Shown: positions 35,894 through 45,498 of the stretch, in pieces | Numbering within the stretch: the stretch's first letter is position 1 | Layout of the letters: every line of letters begins with the position of its first letter | Origin: Staphylococcus phage Pel53 | Sequence record: PP952070.1 | DNA length: 53,660 nt | Reading direction: 5' to 3' (one strand) | Notes under the pieces: generated by a model | Told to the model about the DNA's origin: nothing | Databases searched by the model: none | What the model saw: the letters and a program-made list of their open reading frames with translations, nothing else | Made by a program: the position numbers and the translations under genes

Positions 35894-37657
35894 ATGAACG
35901 TCAAGCAATGTGTTGCCAAGATTAAGCACGATGTACCAGACTGTAAATCCACATCTGGCAAGTCTTTACAGGTTTGGTTGAATGTCGATGAAGCTGGTAA
36001 TAAGAACTTCTCTGGTTACTGCTTTGCATGTGGCGTTCTCGTTCCGAATCCGTATGGCAATAATCCGGAGAATATTCCGGAAATTAAAGTCAAGACTCCA
36101 GAAGAAATTCAGGAAGAAATTGACGAAGTAACCTCGTGCCCTCCATTTGATTTAGACCATCGCAGTATTGAACCAGAATTCTGGAAAGCTGCTGGTGTTC
36201 GTCTACTCTACTCAGAGTTTGATGGCAAGACTCCGAATGCTTTGGCGCATGGATATACCAAGAATGGCAAACTTGTTCGTTGGAAGATTAAACTTCTGAA
36301 CAAGAAAGTTATGTGGTCTGTTGGTGATACTCAGGGCAACGACCCATACAACTGGATGGCTGCAAAAGCTATTGGCGGTAAGACACTGTTCATCACAGAA
36401 GGTGAAGAAGACTGTATCGCATTGCGTCAAATCCTCAAAACTATGAACCGTGGTGGTGCATATGAAGATTTGGATTTTGCTGTAATTAGTTTGAGTGATG
36501 GAAGCGATTCCGTACACAAATGTTTGTCACCAGTTGCAGAAGAAATTAAGCAACGTTGGGAACAGGTTGTTATCGTATTTGATGATGATGAACCTGGTCG
36601 TAAAGCTGCAAAGGAAGCATGTCGTTTACTGCCTGGTGCAATGATTGCCACACTTCCTGCCAATGATGCCAACGACTGTTTGAAACGTGGCTTATTGAAA
36701 GCTACTCAATCTGCTGTTGTATTCCGTGCTGCTCGCCCTCTGCCTACAGCTCTTGTCAATAAAGAACTTCTTATGGAAGAACTTGATGACGAAGTTGAAC
36801 AGGGTGTGGACTATCCTTGGAATAAACTGACTGACTTAATGTTTGGTCAGCGTCGTGCCGAAGTTATCTCAATCGGTGGTGCAGAAGGTGGTGGTAAGAC
36901 TACACTATCTCGTCAGATTGTACATCACAATATCATTCAGCATGATTGGGGAGTGTTTACTGCATACATGGAGGAAACTCCTGCGGAAACATTACGCCGT
37001 ATGGCTGGCCTTAATGACAACTTGCCGTATTGGGAACCTGCGTTTACCCGTGAAGACCCTCGATACGATGAAGCGAAGTTCCGTCAAACTGCTGCGAAGA
37101 TGCTTCGTAACATGGAGATTTGGGACCGCAAGCAAGCTGGAGAAGACCCTTATGAAACTTGGGATGGGTTAAAGACGATTCTTCGTCAGATTGGTCCAGA
37201 CATTGATATGTTTGTTCTTGATAACTTAACCTACTTATCGGAAGGGATTTCTGCCTCAGAGAAGAACGACTTCTTAGGCAAGCTGTATGCAGACATTACC
37301 AAGCTGGCAGACCAATACCAGTTCCATGTTAATATCTTGTCGCACCTTAACCCTGTGGCAAAAGGTCAGCGACCTCATGAAGATGGTGGACGAATCAAGA
37401 AGTCAGACTTTACTGGCTCTCGTGCTGCTGCTAAATATTCTCATGGTATGTTTGGCTTCGAGCGTAATAGTCAGGCAGTAGACCCAAACTGCTCAATCAT
37501 TCGTTCTATCAAAGCTCGTAAGAGTGGTAAGACAGAAGGCTTCAAGACGTACTATGACTCAGACTCAGGTCGAATCATTCAACGTTCTTGGGATGACTCC
37601 TTGTTCGAAACCAAAGAGATTGTTCAACTCACTAAGAAGAACGGTCCGCATCAATAA
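35894..37657 (+). CDS. bifunctional primase-helicase (T7 gp4-like): N-terminal zinc-binding/TOPRIM primase plus C-terminal DnaB-family helicase
   Basis: N-terminal CxxC zinc ribbon (CFACG). TOPRIM-like ITEGEEDCIAL...FDDDEPGRKAA. Walker A GGAEGGGKTT and Walker B MFVLDNLTY in the C-terminal half. Confidence 0.8.
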   Translation: MNVKQCVAKIKHDVPDCKSTSGKSLQVWLNVDEAGNKNFSGYCFACGVLVPNPYGNNPENIPEIKVKTPEEIQEEIDEVTSCPPFDLDHRSIEPEFWKAAGVRLLYSEFDGKTPNALAHGYTKNGKLVRWKIKLLNKKVMWSVGDTQGNDPYNWMAAKAIGGKTLFITEGEEDCIALRQILKTMNRGGAYEDLDFAVISLSDGSDSVHKCLSPVAEEIKQRWEQVVIVFDDDEPGRKAAKEACRLLPGAMIATLPANDANDCLKRGLLKATQSAVVFRAARPLPTALVNKELLMEELDDEVEQGVDYPWNKLTDLMFGQRRAEVISIGGAEGGGKTTLSRQIVHHNIIQHDWGVFTAYMEETPAETLRRMAGLNDNLPYWEPAFTREDPRYDEAKFRQTAAKMLRNMEIWDRKQAGEDPYETWDGLKTILRQIGPDIDMFVLDNLTYLSEGISASEKNDFLGKLYADITKLADQYQFHVNILSHLNPVAKGQRPHEDGGRIKKSDFTGSRAAAKYSHGMFGFERNSQAVDPNCSIIRSIKARKSGKTEGFKTYYDSDSGRIIQRSWDDSLFETKEIVQLTKKNGPHQ

Positions 37658-37664
37658 CAGAGCT

Positions 37665-37696
37665 TCTACGCTGCATGGTTCGCCCACCAGCGTAGA
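37665..37696 (+). promoter_or_regulatory. 9-bp perfect stem hairpin (TCTACGCTG...CAGCGTAGA, 14-nt loop) between primase-helicase and DNA polymerase genes
   Basis: Directly read. No T-run follows it. Candidate RNA processing site or attenuator. Confidence 0.35.
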
Positions 37697-37744
37697 CCTC
37701 ACCAAATCCATTGGAGCCATACTGTGTTGTATCCTTGGGAAAGA

Positions 37745-39658
37745 ATGTATGCCAGTGACATTGAAACAACTGGTCTGTTGGAGCAAATGCGTAAGCAAGC
37801 TGCCCCACGTCTTCACAACATTGGGCACATTGATGTTCAAACTCGTGAAGAAGTTGTGACAGAGTGGACTGACCGTAAATCCATTCAAGCATTCCTGGAC
37901 TCAGGTCCAACATTAATTATGCACAATGGCGCAACCTTTGACTTTGAAGCATTGAAGTTCTTGGGTTACGACGTTTCAAAATGTACACTAATTGATACTT
38001 TATTTATCAGTTGGTATCTGCAACCTCGTCGTGTTAAGCACGGCTTAGAAGGTTATGGAGAAGAGTTTGGTGTGCCTAAACCAGTCATTGATGATTGGGA
38101 AAATCAAACTCAAGAAGAATATAACCATCGTGTGATGGAAGACTGTAAGATTCAGTTGAAGCTGTGGGAACAGCAATATATTCAACTTCTCAAAATTTAT
38201 AAAACTCCTGGCGAAGTTAGACGTTTTATTGAATACCTTATGACCAAAGCTCGTCAACAAGTTATTCAACAACGTACTCGCTGGAAGCTGAACATTGAGA
38301 AAGCATTGGCATTTAAAGCCAAACTTGAACCAATGATTAAAGAGAAGACGGATGCGCTGGAAGCATCAATGCCACGTGTTCCCGAGTATGTTATTAAATC
38401 GCGTCCTGCCAAATGCCACAAGATGAATGGACAATTGTCCTCAACTGGTATGAAGTGGAAAGCCGTCTGTGATGCAAATGGTTTGGACTGGAAAGACCCA
38501 GACTTGCACATTAAGGTGCTCAAGGGTTATAAAGAACCTAACGCCGGTTCTCACGTACAAATTAAGGATTGGTTGTTCGGCCTTGGCTGGGTTCCAGAAA
38601 CCTTTAAGTTTGACCGTAACAAAGAGACGGGCGAGACTCGCCAAATCCCTCAAATCACAGTTAAGGATGAAGATGGCAATCCCGAAATTTGTCCGAGCTT
38701 GCATAAGCTGGCAGAAAGAAACCCCGACTCTGGTATTCAACATCTTATTGGGATGGGCGTGTATAAACACCGTCTGTCTGTTGTTAATGGCTTCCTTCGT
38801 GACGTCGATGAAGATGGGTTCCTTACTGCGCGATGCGGTGGCCTTACCAATACTTTACGCCTTAAACATCGCGAACTTGTTAACCTCCCTTCTATTCGTG
38901 TATTTGGCGGTGAAGAACTGCGTTCAATGTTGGAAGCGTGGCGCGAAGACTACGAACAGTTAGGCTCTGACTTGTGTTCACTGGAAGACCGCTGTAAGCA
39001 CCACTTCCAATGGATGTATGACCCTGAATATGTTAAGAAGCAGTTGGCACCAGACTATGATGCTCACCTTGCAATCGGCGTAATCGGTGGGTTCATCACT
39101 GAGAAAGAATCTCAGGACCACAAGGACGGCATACAGAAATGTAAGCAACGTCCAATGTTTAAGACCACTAACTATGCTTGTCAGTATGGTGCTGGTATTC
39201 CAACTGTTGCTCGTTCTGCTGACTGTGACCAATCAACGGCTGCACGTCTGCATAAAGCATATTGGGACCTGAACTGGTCAATCAAAGAGATTGCTGCTAA
39301 TACTAAAGTCATCACAGTTGATGGTCAGATGTGGCAACAGAATCCAGTAAACAAATTCTGGTATTCTCTTCGTACAGAGAAAGACCGCTTCTCAACATTG
39401 TGTCAGGGTACTGGTGCATATGTGTTTGATATCTGGTGTAACAACATCATTGCAATTTGTAACGAACGTTGGGGCTGTGACCCGCTTCTGTCTGGACAAT
39501 TCCACGATGAATTGATTCTCCAAGTTAAGAAAGGTTTCCGTGATTTGTGGACGGACTTGCTTAATGAGGCAATGGAACGTACCAACAAAGAACTTAAACT
39601 TAACCGTGATTGTGCATGTGATGTACAGTTCGGTGATAACTACGCGGAGATTCACTAA
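37745..39658 (+). CDS. family A DNA polymerase (T7 gp5-like) with 3'-5' exonuclease domain
   Basis: MYASDIETTGLL (Exo I DxE), HNGATFDFEAL (T7 HNGHKYDVPAL). Polymerase motifs near the C-terminus: KQRPMFKTTNYACQYGAG (motif B K...YG) and HDE (motif C). Confidence 0.85.
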   Translation: MYASDIETTGLLEQMRKQAAPRLHNIGHIDVQTREEVVTEWTDRKSIQAFLDSGPTLIMHNGATFDFEALKFLGYDVSKCTLIDTLFISWYLQPRRVKHGLEGYGEEFGVPKPVIDDWENQTQEEYNHRVMEDCKIQLKLWEQQYIQLLKIYKTPGEVRRFIEYLMTKARQQVIQQRTRWKLNIEKALAFKAKLEPMIKEKTDALEASMPRVPEYVIKSRPAKCHKMNGQLSSTGMKWKAVCDANGLDWKDPDLHIKVLKGYKEPNAGSHVQIKDWLFGLGWVPETFKFDRNKETGETRQIPQITVKDEDGNPEICPSLHKLAERNPDSGIQHLIGMGVYKHRLSVVNGFLRDVDEDGFLTARCGGLTNTLRLKHRELVNLPSIRVFGGEELRSMLEAWREDYEQLGSDLCSLEDRCKHHFQWMYDPEYVKKQLAPDYDAHLAIGVIGGFITEKESQDHKDGIQKCKQRPMFKTTNYACQYGAGIPTVARSADCDQSTAARLHKAYWDLNWSIKEIAANTKVITVDGQMWQQNPVNKFWYSLRTEKDRFSTLCQGTGAYVFDIWCNNIIAICNERWGCDPLLSGQFHDELILQVKKGFRDLWTDLLNEAMERTNKELKLNRDCACDVQFGDNYAEIH

Positions 39659-39903
39659 TGCGTGTTTTAGCTCTATACGACCGACACGAATTAAAGATTC
39701 ACCAAGCTGCTGGCGACATGCCAGCTACACAACTGGCGCTGTCTGCAATTGAGATGAACGCCTTGGCATTATTTGGAAGTGGTTTTGACGACAACGAAGT
39801 CTACAAAACTGCAATCGCTGCTCTGAAAGATTCTAAAGATTTCTCAGACACACAATCTATCCTGTCCGACCTGGACATTGACTCTCACATTATTGAAATT
39901 TAA
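39658..39903 (+). CDS. hypothetical protein (81 aa)
   Basis: ATGCGT start overlapping the polymerase stop. Confidence 0.4.
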   Translation: MRVLALYDRHELKIHQAAGDMPATQLALSAIEMNALALFGSGFDDNEVYKTAIAALKDSKDFSDTQSILSDLDIDSHIIEI

Positions 39904-39914
39904 AGGTACTCAAA

Positions 39915-40778
39915 ATGGCATTTGCTGCTCCTACTCTGGCCTCGAACAAGACTCCTTCTGCTGCACCATTACTGGAAGCGGGTGGTTATCCTGCTCGTGT
40001 CTGCCGTATTATCGACCTGGGCTTACAGCCAGGCTCTGCTAAATATCCAAACCCATCTCTGAAACTTCTGGTTACTTTCGAACTGCTCGACGAGTACATG
40101 AAAGAAGTTGATGGCAATGGTGCTATGGTCATGGTCCAAGACCCGGACGAAGATGACGGCGTAATGATGGCGAAGAATCTTGAAGACAAGCCGCGTTGGT
40201 TTGACTTTGAGTTTACCTACAACGCTGATGGCTTCATGGGTGACAACTCCCACATCTACAAATTCGCTAAAGCGATTGATGCTCTGGAAGTTAAACAGAA
40301 TCTGGAACAAGGTATTCAGGGCCACCCTGCTAAGAACCTGCCAGATTGGCTGGGCGAACCTCTGGTTGTTGGCATTGTTCAATACACCAAACAGTCTGGC
40401 AAGAACGCTGGTCAGGTTGCGAACAAGGTTGCTACCTTCTCCCCAATGAAGTCCAAAGAGAAGAAAGAAGCCAAAGCTCTGGTTAACCCGACTGTGTTCT
40501 TCGACATGTCTGAGCCAGACCTGGAAGTATTCAACAAACTGCCTGGTGGCGATTCCCCTTACGCAATCAAGAACCGCATTACTGCTGGTGTTGACTTCTA
40601 CAAAACCAAACTGTCTGTTCTGCTGGGCGGTAAACCTGCTGATGATTCTGTTCCGAATCAGGCTTCTGATGAAGAAGTTGATGCAGCAATGAAAGCTGAA
40701 CTGGAAGCTCAGGCTGCTGCAAAAGCACAGCGTGAAGCGGAAGGTGGTGCTGCTGGCGGCAATGGAATGCCCTTCTAA
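39915..40778 (+). CDS. single-stranded DNA-binding protein (T7 gp2.5-like position) with acidic tail ending GNGMPF
   Basis: 287 aa, host-optimised codons. Acidic Ala/Glu-rich C-terminal tail with terminal aromatic Phe as in T7 gp2.5. Located between the polymerase and exonuclease genes. Confidence 0.55.
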   Translation: MAFAAPTLASNKTPSAAPLLEAGGYPARVCRIIDLGLQPGSAKYPNPSLKLLVTFELLDEYMKEVDGNGAMVMVQDPDEDDGVMMAKNLEDKPRWFDFEFTYNADGFMGDNSHIYKFAKAIDALEVKQNLEQGIQGHPAKNLPDWLGEPLVVGIVQYTKQSGKNAGQVANKVATFSPMKSKEKKEAKALVNPTVFFDMSEPDLEVFNKLPGGDSPYAIKNRITAGVDFYKTKLSVLLGGKPADDSVPNQASDEEVDAAMKAELEAQAAAKAQREAEGGAAGGNGMPF

Positions 40779-40786
40779 TCATAGTT

Positions 40787-40810
40787 GGCTCCTTCGGGAG
40801 CCTTTAATTT
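40787..40810 (+). terminator. intrinsic terminator: GGCTCC-TTCG-GGAGCC stem-loop followed by TTTAATTT
   Basis: Perfect 6-bp GC-rich stem with a TTCG tetraloop and a T-rich tail, immediately after the SSB stop. Confidence 0.65.
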
Positions 40811-40823
40811 GGAGCTAACCAAA

Positions 40824-41846
40824 GTGAGTAAGAAACGAGTATTGTTGCTGGTAGACGGCGACATGGTTGCATTCAGCCACTGTGCTGCTGAAGAGTACGG
40901 CAAAGACCCCGAAGATATTAACTTTGCTAAGATTCAAATGTCGATGGATTCTAAAATGGAATTCCTCGCCAAACGTGCTGGTGCCACGGAAGTAATTACT
41001 TTCATCTCCCCATCCAAAACAATGCGTAACGAATTTGCTCCTGACTATAAGGGCAACCGTGATGGCGTATGGCGTCCAGAAAACCTTAAGAATGCGAAAG
41101 CACATCTCATGGTTGCATGGAACGGAATGTGGATGAAAGGTCTGGAAGCAGATGACCTTCTGGCTGTATTCGCTCGTCATGAATACGAAGCAACAATGGG
41201 TAAACGTAATGAGATTAAAAGCCTCACGCGTATTGGTCCGTGCACATATGATGAAGTTTGGATTGCGTCGCTTGACAAAGACTTGCGCCAAATCGGACAA
41301 TTCGGTGACACTGGTCCAGTAATTAAACACTACCAATGGGAGCGTGAATCTCAGGGTATTGGTGAGAAGATTGTAATCCCGAAGGATTATGGTGAACTCA
41401 AATTAATTATCAAAGACAACGGTAAATCTAAGAAGAAAGAAGTTAAAGGCTGTGGCCCTAAATTCTTCTTGCATCAACTCCTTATCGGCGACTCAACGGA
41501 TAACGTTATGGGTTGTGGTGTGTTGGAAGAGAAGATTTACAAGACTGGTGCTAAGGCTGGAGAAACATACTTCCGTCGCAGTGGTGTCGGTGCTGTCGAA
41601 TCTTTCGAACTTTTGGATAAGACCACTACTTATGCAGAAGGTTTGAAGAAAGTTATTGGTGCATTTATCATGCGATTCGGTGACGGTTGGGAAGAAGAAC
41701 TCCTCAAAGTTGGTCGTCTTGTGTATATGCATCACCAAATTGATGATGGTAATCTCGTTCGCTTGTGGCACTACAAAGGTGTCATTGACCGATTCCATCT
41801 TAAAGAGAACCGTATAATCCCTCATGCAGAGTATCTCCAGAAATAA
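40824..41846 (+). CDS. 5'-3' exonuclease / flap endonuclease (T7 gp6 / T5 D15-like)
   Basis: GTG 40824 with RBS ggag. N-terminal RVLLLVDGDMVAF (FEN-family PIN-like motif). Acidic clusters consistent with the FEN family. Confidence 0.65.
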   Translation: MSKKRVLLLVDGDMVAFSHCAAEEYGKDPEDINFAKIQMSMDSKMEFLAKRAGATEVITFISPSKTMRNEFAPDYKGNRDGVWRPENLKNAKAHLMVAWNGMWMKGLEADDLLAVFARHEYEATMGKRNEIKSLTRIGPCTYDEVWIASLDKDLRQIGQFGDTGPVIKHYQWERESQGIGEKIVIPKDYGELKLIIKDNGKSKKKEVKGCGPKFFLHQLLIGDSTDNVMGCGVLEEKIYKTGAKAGETYFRRSGVGAVESFELLDKTTTYAEGLKKVIGAFIMRFGDGWEEELLKVGRLVYMHHQIDDGNLVRLWHYKGVIDRFHLKENRIIPHAEYLQK

Positions 41847-41857
41847 TTGGAGTTGAA

Positions 41858-42382
41858 ATGGCTTACGGTTATTGCGGTACGGAAGCCAAGTTTGTTTCTT
41901 GGCTCCAGTCTGCTATTCGCAGTGTTTGGTCTAAACACCCAAGCAAGCTATCTCTTATCCAGGCTCGACGTGTGGCATTGAAAGTTGGTACATCCAACAA
42001 ACCAATATTCCACATTCAGTGTTACCACTGTAAGAAACTGTATAAGCTGAAAGAGATTGAAGTGAACCACAAGAAGCAGGTTGGAGGACTCCTTAAGTTG
42101 GAAGACCTTCACCGTTTTGTGGACAACCTTTTATTGGTTCAACCAGAAGATTTGGAACTGTTGTGTCATGATTGTCATGGCATCATCACATACATGGAAC
42201 GATATGGAGTATCTCGTCGAGATGCAGTCATAGAGAAGAAGTGTATTGCCTTTGCCAAATTGAAGGATAACGAGCAAATTGCCAAGTGCAAACTCGCCAA
42301 GATTGACCCAATCCCTAAAACCAAAATCGGACGTAAGAATGCTGTCCGAGAATACTTGAGACTGAATCTTAATGACTATTAA
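41858..42382 (+). CDS. HNH / endonuclease VII-like zinc-binding nuclease (putative junction-resolving or packaging-associated)
   Basis: CYHCKKLYKLKEIEVNHKKQ ... CHDCHG: CxxC...HNH...CxxC arrangement. Confidence 0.5.
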   Translation: MAYGYCGTEAKFVSWLQSAIRSVWSKHPSKLSLIQARRVALKVGTSNKPIFHIQCYHCKKLYKLKEIEVNHKKQVGGLLKLEDLHRFVDNLLLVQPEDLELLCHDCHGIITYMERYGVSRRDAVIEKKCIAFAKLKDNEQIAKCKLAKIDPIPKTKIGRKNAVREYLRLNLNDY

Positions 42383-43127
42383 GCTTCTCGATGATGGTAC
42401 AAAATATACGAAGGCTCGCGCTCATGATTGGGAAGACCCAGACTGTCAAATCAAAGGACGCTGCGAACTCTTCATCAAGATTGACGGAATTCGAGCTATC
42501 CGTAATAAAGCAGGTGGTGTCTGGAGTCGTAATTCCAAACCCTTACCTCATTTATCGCACCTGGAGTTCAGAGATGCTGAGATATTCCGTAATAGTTGGA
42601 ATGAGACTTCTAGCATCCTCGGTCGTATTGACCCGCCTACGGTCGCACTAACCCAAGAAAACGTGTATGAGTTGAGTGATGGTGCTGTTGACCCACGCCT
42701 GTACATCGGCTGGTGCAAGGACCCAAGCAATGAAAACCTTAAGGCATTGATGGATAAATATCTGGCGCTTGGTCATGAAGGTATTATCGTCCGAGATGCA
42801 AAAGGTAAGTGGTGGAAGATTGTACCATATAAATACGCCGATGTGAAGATTACTGGTATGAAAGAAGGTACTGGTGCTCTCAAAGGTATGTGTGGCTCTA
42901 TCTCCTCTAACTACGGCAGTGCTGGCTCAATGGTGAAAGACTGCCTGGCAGACCACGGCATCCCAGAATCAAACACTGCAATCCGCAAGTGGTTGTGGGA
43001 ACATCGTAACGAGCTAGTTGGTTCGATTATGCAAGTTCGATATCGTGAGAAGACAGAGGCTGGTAAATTCCGCTTCCCTTCTTTGGTTCGCCTTCGTACA
43101 GACAAGAGCGAGGAAAGTTTTGATTAA
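42372..43127 (+). CDS. ATP-dependent DNA ligase (minimal, about 250 aa)
   Basis: Motif I KIDGIR (K-x-D-G-x-R adenylation site). Size comparable to minimal viral ligases. Confidence 0.7.
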   Translation: MTIKLLDDGTKYTKARAHDWEDPDCQIKGRCELFIKIDGIRAIRNKAGGVWSRNSKPLPHLSHLEFRDAEIFRNSWNETSSILGRIDPPTVALTQENVYELSDGAVDPRLYIGWCKDPSNENLKALMDKYLALGHEGIIVRDAKGKWWKIVPYKYADVKITGMKEGTGALKGMCGSISSNYGSAGSMVKDCLADHGIPESNTAIRKWLWEHRNELVGSIMQVRYREKTEAGKFRFPSLVRLRTDKSEESFD

Positions 43128-43746
43128 GCGTTTAGCTGTCATTCTCAATGGCCCACCTGGCTGTGGTAAAGATACAATTGCCAACAAGATAGTTGCTGCT
43201 GAGGAATCATACTTTCTCGGTAAGCGTCGATTCACTAAACACCAGTTTAAGGATGCACTGTATGAGCATACTGCCAAACACTTTCAAGTCGATGTGGACA
43301 AGTTTATCCACTATGCTTCGGACCGTGACCTCAAAGACTCTATCTCCCTTGCAGGTCTTGGTGGCAGAACACCTCGTCAAGCTCTTATTCACACTAGTGA
43401 AGACATCTATAAACCTCGCTACGGACAAGACTACTTCGGTAAGGTTGAAGCTGCTCGTGTTGAAGAACTCACGGGGCGTATGGGTGGCGTTATTAATGTC
43501 ATTTATCCCGATGGCGGTTTTGGCGATGAAGTCGTTGCCATTGAGTCTGCTTATGATTTTATCATCATTGTGCGTTTGCATCGTGATGGTTTTGATTTCA
43601 CGGGCGATTCTCGCAGATACATCAACCTCCCAAACACACCTACCCGCGTAACAGTGGATGAACATCTAATTGATGGTAAGGTGGATGATTCCGTATTCAA
43701 AGTGTTCAACTGGATTGAACGCATAACTTATCAAGTAGAGAAATAA
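43120..43746 (+). CDS. deoxynucleoside monophosphate kinase (P-loop)
   Basis: Probable TTG start 43120. VILNGPPGCGKDT Walker A near the N-terminus. Confidence 0.6.
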   Translation: MIKRLAVILNGPPGCGKDTIANKIVAAEESYFLGKRRFTKHQFKDALYEHTAKHFQVDVDKFIHYASDRDLKDSISLAGLGGRTPRQALIHTSEDIYKPRYGQDYFGKVEAARVEELTGRMGGVINVIYPDGGFGDEVVAIESAYDFIIIVRLHRDGFDFTGDSRRYINLPNTPTRVTVDEHLIDGKVDDSVFKVFNWIERITYQVEK

Positions 43747-43748
43747 CC

Positions 43749-44378
43749 ATGTCCTGTATGACCCAAGTTGTTGCAGTTAAACGAGTACACCCTAATGCGA
43801 AATTACCTGTGTATGCTACAGCTGGCGCTGCTGCTGCTGATGTTTGTACTGTATCCGATACCACTGTTGTTATCAATCCCGGCTCTTCTGTTGTTGTCGA
43901 TACTGGCCTCCAGTTCGAAGTACCAATTGGATACGAACTCAAAGTGCATAGCCGTAGCGGTCACGGCTTTAAGTCTGGTATTCGCCTTGCAAACTGCACA
44001 GGTATTCTGGATTCCGACTATCGCGGTAATCTTATGGTTAAGCTGCACAACGACTCGGACACAGCCTTTGTTATTCAGCCAGGCGAACGTGTTTGTCAAG
44101 TGCAAGTTAGTAAAGCTACTCAACATCATTTCGTTGAAGTTGACCGCTTGAATGCAACTGGTCGTGGTGAAGGTGGCTTTGGTTCAACTGGCCGTGTAGA
44201 GCTTGGCAAATATGATAGCCAACCTATTCCTGCTGGTACTCATCACCACACTGCTGCCGGAATTGGTGGCTCCCACGCTCACAGTATCTCTGTTGTCGGT
44301 GGTGGTGTGAAGGTGTCTGTGCCAGGCACTGTTGAAATCGTTGGAACTCCAACCCACAACCCAAGCATTGGTAAGTAA
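43749..44378 (+). CDS. dut: dUTPase (trimeric, five motifs) with about 55-aa His-rich C-terminal extension
   Basis: AGAAAAD, HSRSG, GILDSDYRGNL, QPGERVCQ, RGEGGFGSTG motifs. Followed by ...PAGTHHHTAAGIGGSHAHSISVVGGGVKVSVPGTVEIVGTPTHNPSIGK. Confidence 0.75.
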   Translation: MSCMTQVVAVKRVHPNAKLPVYATAGAAAADVCTVSDTTVVINPGSSVVVDTGLQFEVPIGYELKVHSRSGHGFKSGIRLANCTGILDSDYRGNLMVKLHNDSDTAFVIQPGERVCQVQVSKATQHHFVEVDRLNATGRGEGGFGSTGRVELGKYDSQPIPAGTHHHTAAGIGGSHAHSISVVGGGVKVSVPGTVEIVGTPTHNPSIGK

Positions 44379-44417
44379 TATCTCGACATTCTCAGTAACT
44401 AATTGGAACCTATCTGA

Positions 44418-44747
44418 ATGAAACTGTCCTCACCTGTTGTTGTAAACAATCGCAAAGTCAAGTTTGCATATTTGAAATCCACCGTCACCTCAACTGGCGG
44501 TGGCACTTATCTCACCCGTGCACTTGCAACGCGCAATGAAACAGGTGCGGATGTTATCGTTTTCATGCTTCCTCGTGGTGAAAATACAATCAAGAACGTC
44601 GAACGTATCAAGCGTGGGCGCGAAGATTTAATGTCGGCTGTAAAGCCGCTAATACTGCCATTTAAGATTGTGGTGGTTGTTGGTTCTACCCAACAGTATC
44701 TTGAAGATTTCTTTAAAGATATGGATTGGAGCGATATTAAATATTAA
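44418..44747 (+). CDS. hypothetical protein (109 aa)
   Basis: RBS ctgaATG. No family recognised. Could alternatively be a small terminase subunit (position only). Confidence 0.4.
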   Translation: MKLSSPVVVNNRKVKFAYLKSTVTSTGGGTYLTRALATRNETGADVIVFMLPRGENTIKNVERIKRGREDLMSAVKPLILPFKIVVVVGSTQQYLEDFFKDMDWSDIKY

Positions 44748-44801
44748 GCGGCACGCATAATAGGGAGGCTATCTGGCCTCCTATCTTATTCGGAGTCGCT
44801 T

Positions 44802-44987
44802 ATGCGCACAATTCAATGTAGTAACTGCCATTACGAAGTGGCAGAGGATGATTTCATCGTCCAACAATGTCCTATCTGTGATTCATTCATGCCACTAAAT
44901 CGACTGATTTTAAAAGCCGATTCTAGTTTGGGCAACATCATTCGCATCAATCCCGTGCAAACTCAGCCATTAGTGGATTGTGATTAA
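44802..44987 (+). CDS. 61-aa zinc-ribbon protein
   Basis: MRTIQCSNCHYEVAEDDFIVQQCPICDSF: CxxC...CxxC. Confidence 0.45.
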   Translation: MRTIQCSNCHYEVAEDDFIVQQCPICDSFMPLNRLILKADSSLGNIIRINPVQTQPLVDCD

Positions 44988-45498
44988 AACCAAAGAGAAC
45001 GAATCAATGTCAATATTAAGAGACAGATTGGTTCAATTACTTCACTACGACGAAGCTACTGGCATCTTTACATGGGTGCACGCCAACAGTAACAGAGTCA
45101 AAGTTGGTGATGTTGCAGGCACTATTGGAAGTGCTGGTTACATCTACATTAAGGTTGACGGGGTACGCTATGGCGCACACCAGCTTGCATTCATCTTTAT
45201 GGGTGAAGAAGTTCCTGAAGTAATTGACCATGTAGATACCGTACCTTCCAATAATGCTTGGTACAATCTACGTCCTGCCACTTGCCAGAATAATTCCTAT
45301 AACATCGGAATAACTTCCAGAAACACCTCTGGAATAAAGGGAGTTGGTTGGGATAAAGAGAGAAAGAAGTGGGTTGCCAAAGTCTCACTAAATGGGAAAC
45401 AACACACTCTTGGAAGATTTACATCTAAACTTGATGCTGAGGCTGCTGCCAAGCTGTTTAGAGAGAAGAACCACAAAGAATTTGCAAGGAGTCTGTGA
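44980..45498 (+). CDS. HNH-AP2 homing endonuclease (paralog 4), immediately upstream of terminase
   Basis: DHVDTVPSNNAWYNLRPATCQNN and NTSGIKGVGWDKERKKWVAKVSLNGKQHTLGRF..AAAKLFREKNHKEFA. Confidence 0.75.
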   Translation: MIKTKENESMSILRDRLVQLLHYDEATGIFTWVHANSNRVKVGDVAGTIGSAGYIYIKVDGVRYGAHQLAFIFMGEEVPEVIDHVDTVPSNNAWYNLRPATCQNNSYNIGITSRNTSGIKGVGWDKERKKWVAKVSLNGKQHTLGRFTSKLDAEAAAKLFREKNHKEFARSL

